NCBI GenBank assembly: GCA_963769425.1
Contig: CAVYLP010000006.1
Coordinates: 864,001 to 928,000, forward strand
Source: Candidatus Bathyarchaeota archaeon
Lineage (GTDB): Archaea > Thermoproteota > Bathyarchaeia > TCS64
Reading direction: 5' to 3'
DNA length: 64,000 nucleotides
Position numbers and translations under genes: made by a program. The notes under the pieces were generated by a model. It was not told the origin of the DNA. It did no database searches and worked only from the letters and a program-made list of their open reading frames with translations. This document shows, one piece after another, positions 48,885-59,023 of the stretch. Position 1 is the first letter of the stretch; each line of letters begins with the position of its first letter.

Positions 48885-49286
48885 AATTATATCGACGTGT
48901 ATTTTTTGGTGGTCTTTTATCCCTTAACCTCTAAACCGGGGACATTCTAATAACATGGGGGTTCTCTTATTTCCGGGGTTTCGATATCGGGGGCGTCCCC
49001 TCTCCTATTATGATTTAAGTCTATAGAAACATCCCTGCGCAAGCCATTTCTACAGCTGAGCGCAAGACTTAGACTCTTTTAATCATCCCCCGGGGTGCCC
49101 GTGACGAAGTCACGGGTCGGGGACGCTCAGTCGAGACATTCCCAGCGAAGCCAGCCTGAGCCTCTAGCTGGTGCGCGAAGCGCACACGCGTTAAAATTAT
49201 CCAAATTTTAACCCCCAAATACACACGGGGATATTCGTTCACATAATGAAGCTATAAACGCCACCTTCGGTCTTCCACAAGATTAC

Positions 49287-50369
49287 TTACTTTTGCTGGC
49301 TGAGCTCTCGCCCAAGAAACCCTCCCAACACACCTTGAAAAATTACCGAAACTAGACAGAGATTGTGGTGGTGCAAGTTCGCTATGGTGGGAAGACCCTG
49401 ACACCACTGTCGTCGTCGCCTCAGCGAGGGCAGCCTCGTCCCAACCACCGAAGGTCTGACGCATGCCAGCTTCAGGTACCCGATCTTCGCTGGGTCCCAT
49501 CCCTCGAGTGTCGCCACGGTTGCGTCGAGCGTCACGCAGTCCCTGCTTCCAAGCAGCAGCCCCTTGTTCTTCGCCGTATTGGGCCTGATCGCCTCCTCCG
49601 GCGTCTTCCCCTGAGACGCCGTCAACACCCCGTCAACCATCCCCACCACGTCGAAGATCGACCGATACACCTTGTTGATGTCCACGATCGACTGGTCCAG
49701 CTTGCAGTCGAACTCCCCGTGGAACCTGCTCCTCCCCGGACCCGGTATCATCCCGAAGAAGTTCTTCAGCGAAAGACTCACAACGATCGGCTGATGGTTC
49801 AGCCTGTACTTCGCGAGGCTCAGGAAGGTGCCCCCGCGGAGATCGTACAACCTCCGCGGCACCACCCCGTACATCTCCTCGAAGAGCACCGGTGGATACC
49901 TCTCTGCGTGCTTCTTCACCACACCGGGATCGACGACGCGCTTCGCCCAAACCTCCTCCGTGACGTTAAGGTACTCCACACCATGCTTCTTCAACACGTC
50001 ACCCACGCCGGAGTACTCGAGGAACCACTCATCGCTCTTCTTCAGGTCCCTCCTCTTCACCGACCCTATCCCCTTACCGTTAAGGGCGTCTTCCGTCCTC
50101 GCCCACCCGTAGCTCTCAACAACAATCGCCTCCCCATTTATCGCTGACAGCACTCCATCCAGCACCGCAGCCTCGGTGAAGTTGTTGATCGTCCCCCAGT
50201 TGGGTTTGATGATCACCGGCGGCTTCAGATGTAACTCAGAAACAACCTTCTTGTAGATTGATGGATCCTGTGATTGCTCAAGGATAACCTTCCCGAATCT
50301 CAACAACTCTCCTCCGAAAACACAGGTATCAGGGATACACAACTCAATTTTAGACTTGTGGAAATACAC
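49287..50369 (-). CDS. DUF362-family protein (probable frameshift near the C-terminus, about 49465)
   Basis: VIIKPNWG, VVESY, SLSLKNFFG, DCVTLDA; the natural-looking tail TFGGWDEAALAEA lies in another frame. Confidence 0.8.
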   Translation of the reverse strand: MYFHKSKIELCIPDTCVFGGELLRFGKVILEQSQDPSIYKKVVSELHLKPPVIIKPNWGTINNFTEAAVLDGVLSAINGEAIVVESYGWARTEDALNGKGIGSVKRRDLKKSDEWFLEYSGVGDVLKKHGVEYLNVTEEVWAKRVVDPGVVKKHAERYPPVLFEEMYGVVPRRLYDLRGGTFLSLAKYRLNHQPIVVSLSLKNFFGMIPGPGRSRFHGEFDCKLDQSIVDINKVYRSIFDVVGMVDGVLTASQGKTPEEAIRPNTAKNKGLLLGSRDCVTLDATVATLEGWDPAKIGYLKLACVRPSVVGTRLPSLRRRRQWCQGLPTIANLHHHNLCLVSVIFQGVLGGFLGRELSQQK

Positions 50370-50454
50370 ATGGGATCGGAGTTCGGAAAATCCATTATCG
50401 ATAACAAATTTTTAGAAAATTATTTTTCTTAAATATCATATGATACTTGAGCGA

Positions 50455-50620
50455 GGGATATTTGAAAACGGCTCCTTTTCCACAACCAACATTCATTAAA
50501 AAACAAATATTTCGCTTTTTAGCGAAATATTTATTATGTTACAAATTTTAATAAAAGGAGGCTAGGAATCGTTGTACTATGCTACCACTTACGGGAGAGT
50601 CTCGAAAACAGCTCCTTTTC
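50455..50620. repeat. Two extra copies of the GGG..GAAAACRGCTCCTTTT sub-motif plus a 12-bp inverted repeat
   Basis: Copies at 50455-50480 and 50593-50620; AAATATTTCGCT-TTTT-AGCGAAATATTT at 50505-50532. Confidence 0.75.
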
Positions 50621-50660
50621 TACTCCCGCTAACACTACAAAAGGAAGTCGAGTGGATCAT

Positions 50661-50727
50661 GAGTCTTTTTTTTCACTTATACCCCCCCTGCTGGTTACAA
50701 GGGGGACTTGAAAATCGCTCCTTTTTC
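50661..50727 (-). repeat. Right copy of the imperfect ~65-bp inverted repeat
   Basis: GAGTCTTTTTTTTCACTTATACCCCCCCTGCTGGTTACAAGGGGGACTTGAAAATCGCTCCTTTTTC. Confidence 0.8.
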
Positions 50728-50802
50728 TAATCAACGATGTAGACACACGTCGAGTCGTGGACCGTTTTTTCAGACCTGAAAAGCTATTTGAGCGAACTGA
50801 GG

Positions 50803-52192
50803 CTACGCGAAGACCTCTTCGAACCTCTTAACTAGCTCCTTCTCCTGCCCGGGCAGAAGCATCAGCGTGTTCACTATGAAGTTGTTGCTGTCCCCCCAGT
50901 ACCGGACCCAGATCTCAGGGTCCCCCTCCCTCAGCTTCTTTACAATCGACCCAACCTCATCTATGCTCTTGTCGAGGAAGTGGACGTTTAGCCCAAGTGT
51001 GTTGTAGGCTAGGCCTGTTCCACTCTTCGGAAGGTAGCTGATCCTCGCCTCCTTGAGGCCGGGGAGCTTCCTGATCCGCTTCTCAATGTAGCGAGCCCTA
51101 TCCCAGGCTGGGTTGATCCTCTCCGTCTCGTGGTCGAGCGCCATCCAGCGCTTGAAGGCGACGACTAGCCCAACGATCTCCTGCCTGTCAAGCTTGTAGC
51201 CGCGTCCAATCCCTCGGTACTTGCCGGGCGTCTCGTCTGGACCAGACTCAACCCCTATGAAGCTGTGGAGGGCAATCGCCTCGATGAGGTCCTTGCGCCC
51301 AATTACGAATCCAGTGCTGTTCGGGCCGTGCACGTATTTTCCACCGAAGGCAATGAGATCCGCCTTCATGTCCGTGAACATCTTGAAGTTGCTCGTCGGG
51401 TACGTCATCCCGGCCGCGTCGACTATGACTGGTATCCCATGGTTGTGAGCCATCTTGAGGAGATCCTTGAGCGGAGGTACACCCCTCTTCGGCGCATACG
51501 GGTACGCGTAGTGGATCGCCGCCGTCTTATCCGTAATCGCGGCCTCGAACTCGTCCACGCCACCGCCCCAGTTCTCGTCTCCAACGAACACGAACTTGCC
51601 CCCAGCCACCTCCATGGCGCGGTCGTAGACGTAGAGCCTGTTGTTCCGCTGGATGATGAACTCATTCTTCATCCCCGTCGTGTCGGGGAGACGCCTCATC
51701 TTCTCCGGGTCACTCCCCGCCATACATGCCGCAGCTCCGAGGACCAGTGCAGCGAAGCCGCCGCTCGTGATCCAGGCGGCCTCAGCGCCCGTCCCCTTCG
51801 CAATGATCTCGCCCCCCTTCTGGAGCAGCTCCCACATGTTACAGTACGTCTCGTTCGCCCTATCCATCGCCACCTGCACCTCCTTGGGCACGGTGCTGCC
51901 ACCCAACCGGGTGAGGGCGAAGGCCGCGTTCCCGCGTACAGCCCATACATGCTGCGGCGCCGAGTACGAGCGCCGCGAAGCCACCGCTCGTGATCCAGGC
52001 GGCCTCCGCGCCCGTCCCCTTCGCGATCACCTCGCCCCCCTTCTGGAGCAGCTCCCACATGTTACAGTAGGTCTCGTTCGCCCTATCCATCGCAACCTGC
52101 ACCTCCTTGGGCACAGTACTGCCACCCAACCGGGTGAGGGCGAAGGCCGCGTTCACCACGCGCTTACAGCCGAGTTCAGAATAGACGCTCAT
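50803..52192 (-). pseudogene. SelA-like/DgaE-family PLP enzyme disrupted by an internal 212-bp duplication
   Basis: VNAA..TRLGGS, VIVDAA, FGGKY..GP, GIGRGYKL; duplicated block shifts the frame. Confidence 0.8.
51720..52154. repeat. Diverged 212-bp direct repeat (51720-51931 and 51943-52154)
   Basis: Both copies encode NAAFALTRLGG..AAACM, with mostly synonymous differences. Confidence 0.92.
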
Positions 52193-52289
52193 AGAAGGGA
52201 GAGGAGACTCAACGCGATAAAACAGTTTGGAGCGGATATGGCACCAATTTTATCTTACTAAATTGATAAACTAAACAAGGTAATACCCG

Positions 52290-52445
52290 ATGGTCAAAGC
52301 CTCCAGCAAGAAACGTAGTAAGTTACAGGAGAGTCTTGATGAAGAGACGCTAAGGGCAAAGGCGGAGCGTGCAAGTGAGATATTGAAGAAAATACCAGAC
52401 AAGGAACTCGTGGCCGCAATCCGCCGAAGCCGAGACAGTCGATGA
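52290..52445 (+). CDS. Small antitoxin-like protein or fragment, 51 aa (not in ORF track)
   Basis: MVKASSK..ASEILKKIPDKELVAAIRRSRDSR*; C-terminus resembles archaeal VapB tails. Confidence 0.5.
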   Translation: MVKASSKKRSKLQESLDEETLRAKAERASEILKKIPDKELVAAIRRSRDSR

Positions 52446-52510
52446 ATGATTAAATCCTTGACTTATCTTGCCCCACTGGGTAGCGTCAGGACTATTTGAT
52501 GGCGAGATCT

Positions 52511-52982
52511 CTAGGATGAGGCTTCGTTGATCCCTCGTTCTCTTCGGAGGAAATCGCCGATGTCGAATACGTTCTTCAAGATCATCTTACCTTCATGAGT
52601 CTCAATCCTCCCGTAACCGAGGCAATCCCCATCAAGCATCACGAGGAAGCATGTACCCTCAGTGAGATCCCCCTCAGACTTCTGTATGTTCTCAACGAAG
52701 ACATCCCTACCACAGACGAAGAGCCACCCGACCCGCTCGTCAACCCACACCTTGTGGGGCCCCTCAAGTTTCCCTAGTTCACGAAGCAGGACGGCGCTGG
52801 GCATGAACTCCCTCTTCGTCCTCCCAAGCAGCTTGCCCGCGTAGACAAGCCTTCCCTCTGTCACGTATCTGAGTCGCCACGTCGGGGCCGACGATGAAAC
52901 GCCTGTCGTTGAGGTTCACCCTCTCCCCAACTGGCTCGTAGACAGCGCCAATCGCCGCTAGGAAATCCTTCAGCTCCCTCAT
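52511..52982 (-). pseudogene. NIP7/PUA-like ribosome biogenesis protein, frameshift at about 52864
   Basis: Two ORFs join; WLFVCGRDVF, DCLGYG, NVFDIGDFLRRER; coupled to the RsmB-like gene. Confidence 0.7.
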
Positions 52983-53865
52983 GGCTTCACCACCTTTGCG
53001 ACGAAGAAACCCTGAGTACCAGTCTCATCAGGCCAGAACCTCCTACACTTCGCCACATCGGGGCTGAGTTTTCTATCCAGTACCTCAGTCAACGCAGGGC
53101 TCCCGGGTCCACCGATCTCCTCTAACCTGACGTCGTGGTTGTCGAGGAGCCACTGGACATTCAACTCATCCTCCTCCGGCTCGAGGCTGCACGTCGTGTA
53201 GACGAGGGTCCCGCCGGGCCTCAGCAGCCCAACGGCGGCCCCGAGGAGCCTCCTCTGCTCCAAGGCGTTCTTCTCCACGTCCCCTATGTCCCGCTTCCTG
53301 AACCACTCCCTATCGGTCACGTAGTTCCCGGAACACGGCGCGTCGAGTAGAATCCTGTCGAAGAGTGTGCCGCCGTAGTCGAGCCCCGCAGCGTCGGCGT
53401 GGTATGCGACGCAGTTCTCCACACCGGTGCGCTCCAGGTTGTTCTCGAGGGCGTAGAGGCGGTCCCTGCGGATGTCGACGGCGACGACGGCGCCTCCGTT
53501 CCCCATCCAAGCCGCTATCTGAGTCGTCTTCCCCCCTGGGGCGGCGCACATGTCTAGCACGACCTCCCCCCCGGTTGGGGCGAGGACCTCGACGGGGAAC
53601 TGGGCGGCCGCCTCCTGTATCGAGTAGAGGCCGAGTAGGTACTCGAAGCTGGCGCCGACGCTCGACTCACCCCCCTCAACGTGGAATCCATCCCTCAACC
53701 AAGGGATGGTCGTCATCTTCACGCCCCTGGGCCTCAAGCTCTGGCAACGACCTCCTCCCTGCCAGCTAGGAGGGTGTTCACCCTTATCGCCCGCCTCGTC
53801 CTCTCGTCGCCCCTCAAATCGTGCCCCATCGCCCTGTATCGGTCGAGGAAGAAGCCGGCGCCCAT
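52979..53865 (-). pseudogene. RsmB/NOP2-family RNA m5C methyltransferase, frameshift at about 53738
   Basis: N-terminal AIRVNTL in another frame; LDMCAAPGGKT, LLDAPCSG, YTTCSL..E.E. Confidence 0.85.
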
Positions 53866-53928
53866 GTGACGCTTCTTCACTGGAGGCGATTTAACCGTTC
53901 CCACAGCCCACCCAGATTTATAGTCTGG

Positions 53929-54994
53929 ATGTTACCTCAGTTCCCGGGGAGACAGTTGGCGAGACCGCGGGCTAGGGAATTCGGCGTCGAGTTGGGCTCG
54001 ATGAAGACGGGTAGGCTGAACGCCATCACGGACGTAGAGGGCGTTGGAGTTGGCCACTCAACCATCATCGAGGGCGACTCGGTCAGGACGGGCGTCACAG
54101 CCATAGTGCCCCACCAGGGGAACCTAGTCGAGGAGAAGGTCACGGCGGCCGTCGACCTCTTCAACGCCTACGGGAAATCCACCGGCCTCCCCCAGATCAT
54201 CTACGAGGGCACCCTCGAGACCCCGATAATGCTCACGGAGACTCTGAACACGTGGAGGGTCGCCGACGCCGTCGTCGACTACCACCGCGACCGCATGGGG
54301 CTCGAACCTCGCTCCCTAAACGTCGTCGTTGGCGAGACGAACGGGAGCTACCTCACCGACAACCTCGGTAGGCACGTCGGCGCGAAGCAGGTCTTCGAGG
54401 CACTCGACGCCGCGAGGAGCCAGGCTGGGCGGGGTCCGGTGCAGGAGGGGAACGTAGGCGGCGGGACGCCCATGACGGGCTACGGCTTCAAGGGTGGCAT
54501 AGGCACCTCGAGCCGCGTCGGCGACGGCTTCACGGTCGGCGCCCTCGTCCAGCTCAACTGCGGTAGCAAGGAGGACCTCACAATCGCCGGAGTCCCCGTA
54601 GGTAGAGAAATCAAACTCCCAAAGAATCCGGAGGCCAGCCCCGGCAATAGCATAATGATGATCATCGCAACCGACCTAGCCATGGAGTCCAGGCAACTCT
54701 GGAAGGTTGCTAAGAGGGCGGCCCTCGGACTAGCCCGGACGGGTACATATAGTGGAAACGGTAGTGGCGACTTCACCATCGCCTTCACAACGGGGAAGAA
54801 GCCTCACGATGGGCGCAGGCGACGAGTTCCTAAACCCCGTCTACAAGGCGACCGTCGAGGCAACGGAGGAGGCTGTCGTCAACGCCCTCTTCGCAGCCGA
54901 GACGATGACAGGCTACAAGGGCCACATAAGACACGCTCTCCCCCTCGATCAGGTCAGAGAGATATTCAGCAAATATGGCCGCAGATTACCCTAG
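53929..54994 (+). pseudogene. DmpA-like P1/S58 aminopeptidase, frameshift at about 54802
   Basis: NAITDVEGVGVGH, RTGVTAI, EGNVGGGT, KGGIGTSSR, GNSI, NGSGDF; tail EATEEAVVNALF is in another frame. Confidence 0.85.
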
Positions 54995-55043
54995 CCGGTA
55001 AACGTTAAACCCCCTCGGACGCCTCTACTCCCGGTGCAGCTTC

Positions 55044-56375
55044 TTGCCTAGCCTCCGAGGCCCAAGTATAGTCACGGGGCTCCCCGGCCCACGCGTCGCC
55101 AAACTCCTAGCCGACTCCGGCCTAGACCCCTCGTCCTACTCGAGCCCAATAGTCGACGAGGCGAGGGGCATCTACGTCAAGGACCCCGACGGGAACGTCT
55201 TCGTGGACCTCATCTCGGGGCGCTGCGTCGCCAACACCGGATACAATCACCCCCGCGTAGTCGAGGCGATTAAGGCCCAAGCGGAGAGGAGCATCCACTG
55301 GCAAACAGAGCAGGCATATACCCTAATCCGTCGCTTCGAGGAGATGCTGGGCTCGGGGCCCAAGCAGGTCTACTGGGGCCAATCGGGGAGCCTCTCCAAC
55401 GACCACGCAATAAAGGCGGTACGCAGAGCCACGGGGAAGCCCCTCATCATCAGCTTCACGGGGAGCTACCACGGAAGCAGCATGGGCGCCATAAGCCTCA
55501 GCGGCTACGACCCAAGCATGAAGAGACACTACGGCCCACTACTCCCCGGCATCATCCACGTCCCATACGCCTCCTGCTACAGGTGCCCCCTCAAGATGGA
55601 GCACCCCGGCTGCGGCCTAGCATGCCTCAGCTACATCGAAGACGTTGCCTTCAAGAGCTATGTCCCATCCGACGAGGTCGCCGCCGTCTTCGTCGAGCCG
55701 ATCCAAGGGGATGCTGGTTGGCATGTCCCACCGCAGGGGTGGCATGTGGGGCTGAAAAAACTGTGCGAGAAATACGGAATCCTCCACGTTGCAGATGAGG
55801 TCCAGATGGGTTTCGGTAGGACAGGGACTTGGCTTGGGATGGACCACTGGGGCATCAAGCCAGATGTTGTCATCCTAGGGAAGGCTATGGGGAGCGGAGT
55901 GCCAATCAGCGCCGTCGTCCTCGGTAGGGATCTACTCGAGTCGACGGACCCGGAGCCCATCCCCATACACGCCCAGAGCTTCAGCGCTACTCCCCTCGGT
56001 ACAGCAGCGGCTCATGCTACCATGGACGTGATTCGCGATGAGAAGCTCTGTGAGAACTCGGAGAGGATGGGTGAGTACATGAGGAAGAGACTCATAGAGC
56101 TCATGGACGAGCATCCAAGCATCGGCGACGTTAGGGGCATAGGCCTACTCATAGGCGTCGAGATAGTGAAGGATAGGGTGAGAAAGACGCCCGACCCGGT
56201 GGCCGCAAACATGATCTGCGCCGAGGCCTTCAAGCGGGGCATCTACACACTCAACATGGGGAGCTACGGCGGAAGAGCCATCAGAGTTGCCCCACCCCTA
56301 ATCATCGACGAGGGGCAAGCAGACACCGCAATAAACCTACTTGAGGAATCGATTGGAAAAGTCGAGACCCGCTAA
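55044..56375 (+). CDS. Class III PLP aminotransferase (GabT-like)
   Basis: SYHGSS, VFVEPIQGDAG, DEVQMGFGRTG, LGKAMGSG. Confidence 0.92.
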   Translation: MPSLRGPSIVTGLPGPRVAKLLADSGLDPSSYSSPIVDEARGIYVKDPDGNVFVDLISGRCVANTGYNHPRVVEAIKAQAERSIHWQTEQAYTLIRRFEEMLGSGPKQVYWGQSGSLSNDHAIKAVRRATGKPLIISFTGSYHGSSMGAISLSGYDPSMKRHYGPLLPGIIHVPYASCYRCPLKMEHPGCGLACLSYIEDVAFKSYVPSDEVAAVFVEPIQGDAGWHVPPQGWHVGLKKLCEKYGILHVADEVQMGFGRTGTWLGMDHWGIKPDVVILGKAMGSGVPISAVVLGRDLLESTDPEPIPIHAQSFSATPLGTAAAHATMDVIRDEKLCENSERMGEYMRKRLIELMDEHPSIGDVRGIGLLIGVEIVKDRVRKTPDPVAANMICAEAFKRGIYTLNMGSYGGRAIRVAPPLIIDEGQADTAINLLEESIGKVETR

Positions 56376-56564
56376 GGCTGCAAATGCAACGCGCTGATCC
56401 TTGAAATCCACGTGAAGGGCACTGAAGTCTAGTCGGGTACAGTAACCCGTAATATAACTTGCGTCAAATCCACCCGAGATTTTAAAGAATCGTAACCATC
56501 AACTGCGCGCTGGAACTACTCACAGGCTTGTTAAATCAGAAGAAATTTAACATAACCAGCGTGA

Positions 56565-56774
56565 TTGAATCCACGGTTACCCCACAGGAGAAACTCCTAC
56601 TACATTACACTCTCCGTCATCTCGATGCAGATCACATTTTCTACCATCTACATGGTCTTCCCCCTCAACTTCGTCTTCTACCTTGCTGCTGCATTCTGCG
56701 TCGTGGCCCTTGTACTCATACAAGTGTTTGTACCGGAGCCGCGTACCCGAAAAGACGCTAAGAGAAAACCGTGA
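56565..56774 (+). pseudogene. Internally deleted MFS paralog (first and last TM fused in frame)
   Basis: SVISMQITFSTIYMVFPL joined to NFVFYLAAAFCVVALVL..PEP, matching both ends of the MFS at 14107. Confidence 0.8.
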
Positions 56775-56784
56775 TAGTTCTTGT

Positions 56785-58083
56785 TTAGGGCTTGTAGCCT
56801 CTTACGAACTCCTCAGTAGCGCTGATGTAAGCATCTATGTCCTCCACCGTGTGTGGGCTGCTTATCCAGCAGTGACTCACATTCGGGCTCAGATAGATGA
56901 TTCCCTTGTCAAGCATATGGGTGAAATAGGCCTTTGTGGCGGCCGCGTCGTTCCTGATCGTGTCGGCGGCGTTTCGGGGTATCTTCGACTGGAAGTGGAT
57001 GGCGAACGTCGAGCCAACACCCGTCACCGTCGCGGGGAGCCCACCCCTGCCGAAGACATCCTCCAGCCCAGTCCTCATCCGTTTCCCGAGCTTGTCGATG
57101 CTGATGTAGATCTTCCCATCCTTTAGGAGATCGAGTGTCGTGCAGCCCGCCACCATGCTGATCGGGTTGCCTGTGAACGTGCCCCCGTGGGCGACGCGCT
57201 CCTCCGCCTTCGGATACTTCTTCTGGTCGATTCGCTCCATGATCTCCTCAGAGCCGCAGAAAGCGCCTATGGGGAACCCCCCACCAATGATCTTGCCAAG
57301 GATCGTTATGTCTGGTTTGACGCCGTAGAGCTCCTGTGCCCCACCGGGGGCGAGGCGGAACCCCGTCACAACTTCATCGAAGACAAGAAGGGTCCCAGTC
57401 TGGTCGCAGACCTCACGTAGCCCCTGGAGGTAGCCCGGCTCCGGGGTGATGAATCCCGCTGCGCCCATGACCGGCTCGAGGATGATGCAAGCGTACTCCT
57501 TGGTCCTGATGCGTTTCCTCGCCGCCTCAAGGTCGTTGAACGGTACAGCATCCGTGTCCTCGGTTGTCTTCGGGTTAAGCCCTGCTGACTCCGACTTCGT
57601 ATAGGGGTAACTGACAGCCTTGTGGAGGCTGTCGTAGCCGCCGTGCCATCCCCCCTCGATCTTGAGCATCTTCATCCTACCCGCGTAGGCCCGGGCGAGG
57701 CGCGTACCATACATGTTCGCCTCGGTCCCGCTCGCACAGTACCTCACCATCTCCGCCGAGGGGACGTTCCTAACTATGCGCTCGGCAAGCTCGATCTCCA
57801 ACTCGTGGCTGAATCCGATATGGGTCCCGTTTGGGAGCTGCTTCCTCACAGCGTCCATAACCCTCTTCGGGCTGTGGCCGAGGATCAATGCCCCGTGACC
57901 CACCCAGTAATCCGTGTACTCGTTGCCGTCCACGTCTCTAAGCCTCACCCCCTGCGCCTCCTCGACGAAGAACGGGTACGGAGGAAGAGCCCGAATACCG
58001 TAGCTAACACCCGAGGGCAGAACCTTGCACGCCCTCTCATACAACTCCTTGGACTTCAGCGTCTTCTCGGCGAAGCTGCTCAT
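56785..58083 (-). CDS. Glutamate-1-semialdehyde aminomutase-like class III aminotransferase
   Basis: DVDGNEYTDY, SGTEANM, FDEVVTGFR, LGKIIGGGFP, HGGTFTGNP. Confidence 0.9.
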   Translation of the reverse strand: MSSFAEKTLKSKELYERACKVLPSGVSYGIRALPPYPFFVEEAQGVRLRDVDGNEYTDYWVGHGALILGHSPKRVMDAVRKQLPNGTHIGFSHELEIELAERIVRNVPSAEMVRYCASGTEANMYGTRLARAYAGRMKMLKIEGGWHGGYDSLHKAVSYPYTKSESAGLNPKTTEDTDAVPFNDLEAARKRIRTKEYACIILEPVMGAAGFITPEPGYLQGLREVCDQTGTLLVFDEVVTGFRLAPGGAQELYGVKPDITILGKIIGGGFPIGAFCGSEEIMERIDQKKYPKAEERVAHGGTFTGNPISMVAGCTTLDLLKDGKIYISIDKLGKRMRTGLEDVFGRGGLPATVTGVGSTFAIHFQSKIPRNAADTIRNDAAATKAYFTHMLDKGIIYLSPNVSHCWISSPHTVEDIDAYISATEEFVRGYKP

Positions 58084-58185
58084 CAGGAACCCCAGCCAAG
58101 GGATATCGTCCACGCGTATTAATTATTTTTAATCAAGGACATGCCCAAATAATGTTTAAATCTCATAAAACCAGAGGTCGAGGCA

Positions 58186-58455
58186 ATGCCCGATGAAGCT
58201 ATTACGCATCAGATCGAGATTTGCAAATCAGAGATAGATGCTGAAAGTTTCGGGCCATGTGTCATGGATCTCTTCAACATGTTACCCGAGAATACTCGGG
58301 GCGAGATCGAGAAAATCGATGGCGTCTGCAAGATAACCGAATCCTACGTAAATCGCTTCATAAACAACGTTCTCATTACCGTCGAATTCGTGACCACAAA
58401 GACCTACAACCACAAGCTATTGTTCTCCGAGATACTGAAGAGGTTAGAAAAGTAA
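58186..58455 (+). CDS. Hypothetical protein
   Basis: 89-aa ORF with TTTAAA about 25 bp upstream. Confidence 0.55.
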   Translation: MPDEAITHQIEICKSEIDAESFGPCVMDLFNMLPENTRGEIEKIDGVCKITESYVNRFINNVLITVEFVTTKTYNHKLLFSEILKRLEK

Positions 58456-58527
58456 GGCTAATCCCTTTGGCTTGATATCGAGATGGTATAAATAGAATCA
58501 TTCCTCCCTGAAACACGGTGCGAGTAC

Positions 58528-59008
58528 TTGTCGAAGGAGTTGAAGAAGAAGGAAGAATGGGTATGGAACCCAGACGAGATGTTCCGCGAACTAGACACGA
58601 GGATTGAGGACTTCAAGAAGAACGTGATGATGCCAATGATGCCCATGTTGCCCATGAAGGCAAAGGCGTGGCAACACCACATGATGAGGACTCCTAGGGT
58701 CGATCTGAATGATTTAGGCGACCACTATGAGGCGTTCATCGAGGTCCCCGGCGTCGAGAAGGAAGCTGTGCAGGTCCACATGACGCCGACCACCCTCGAT
58801 GTTGACGCCGAGGTGGAGATGGAAACGGAGGAGAAGAAGGAGTTCCTCATGAGGGAGAGGAGCCAGCAGGAGATCTGTCGCACGCATAACCTTCCCTGAA
58901 GAGATTATCCCCGAGCAGGCTGAGGCAAGGGTCACCAATGGGCTGCTCACCGTCACTGTTCCAAAGAAACACAAGCCTGAGGAACGGACAAAGATCGAGG
59001 TCAAGTGA
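58528..59008 (+). pseudogene. Hsp20/alpha-crystallin small heat shock protein, frameshift at about 58897
   Basis: PRVDL..EVPGVEKE..RER; C-terminal LPEEIIPEQAEARVTNGLLTVTVPK..KIEVK is in another frame. Confidence 0.85.
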
Positions 59009-59023
59009 CCCCGACCACATTCT

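Larger units (their letters stand above)
37492..50727. mobile_element. Putative degenerate integrated element (casposon-like) bounded by inverted repeats
   Basis: Inverted-repeat pair, probable Cas1 remnant, DUF932, type I R-M operon with strong AT bias; no intact integrase or PolB and no clear target-site duplication. Confidence 0.5.

Noticed and set aside
37460-50760. Target-site duplication around the inverted repeats
   Set aside because: No convincing direct repeat immediately flanks both ends; only a short GTAGAC coincidence
50803-52192. True selenocysteine synthase SelA
   Set aside because: Short SelA-like/DgaE-type length, and no selB, selC or selD nearby; archaea use SepSecS
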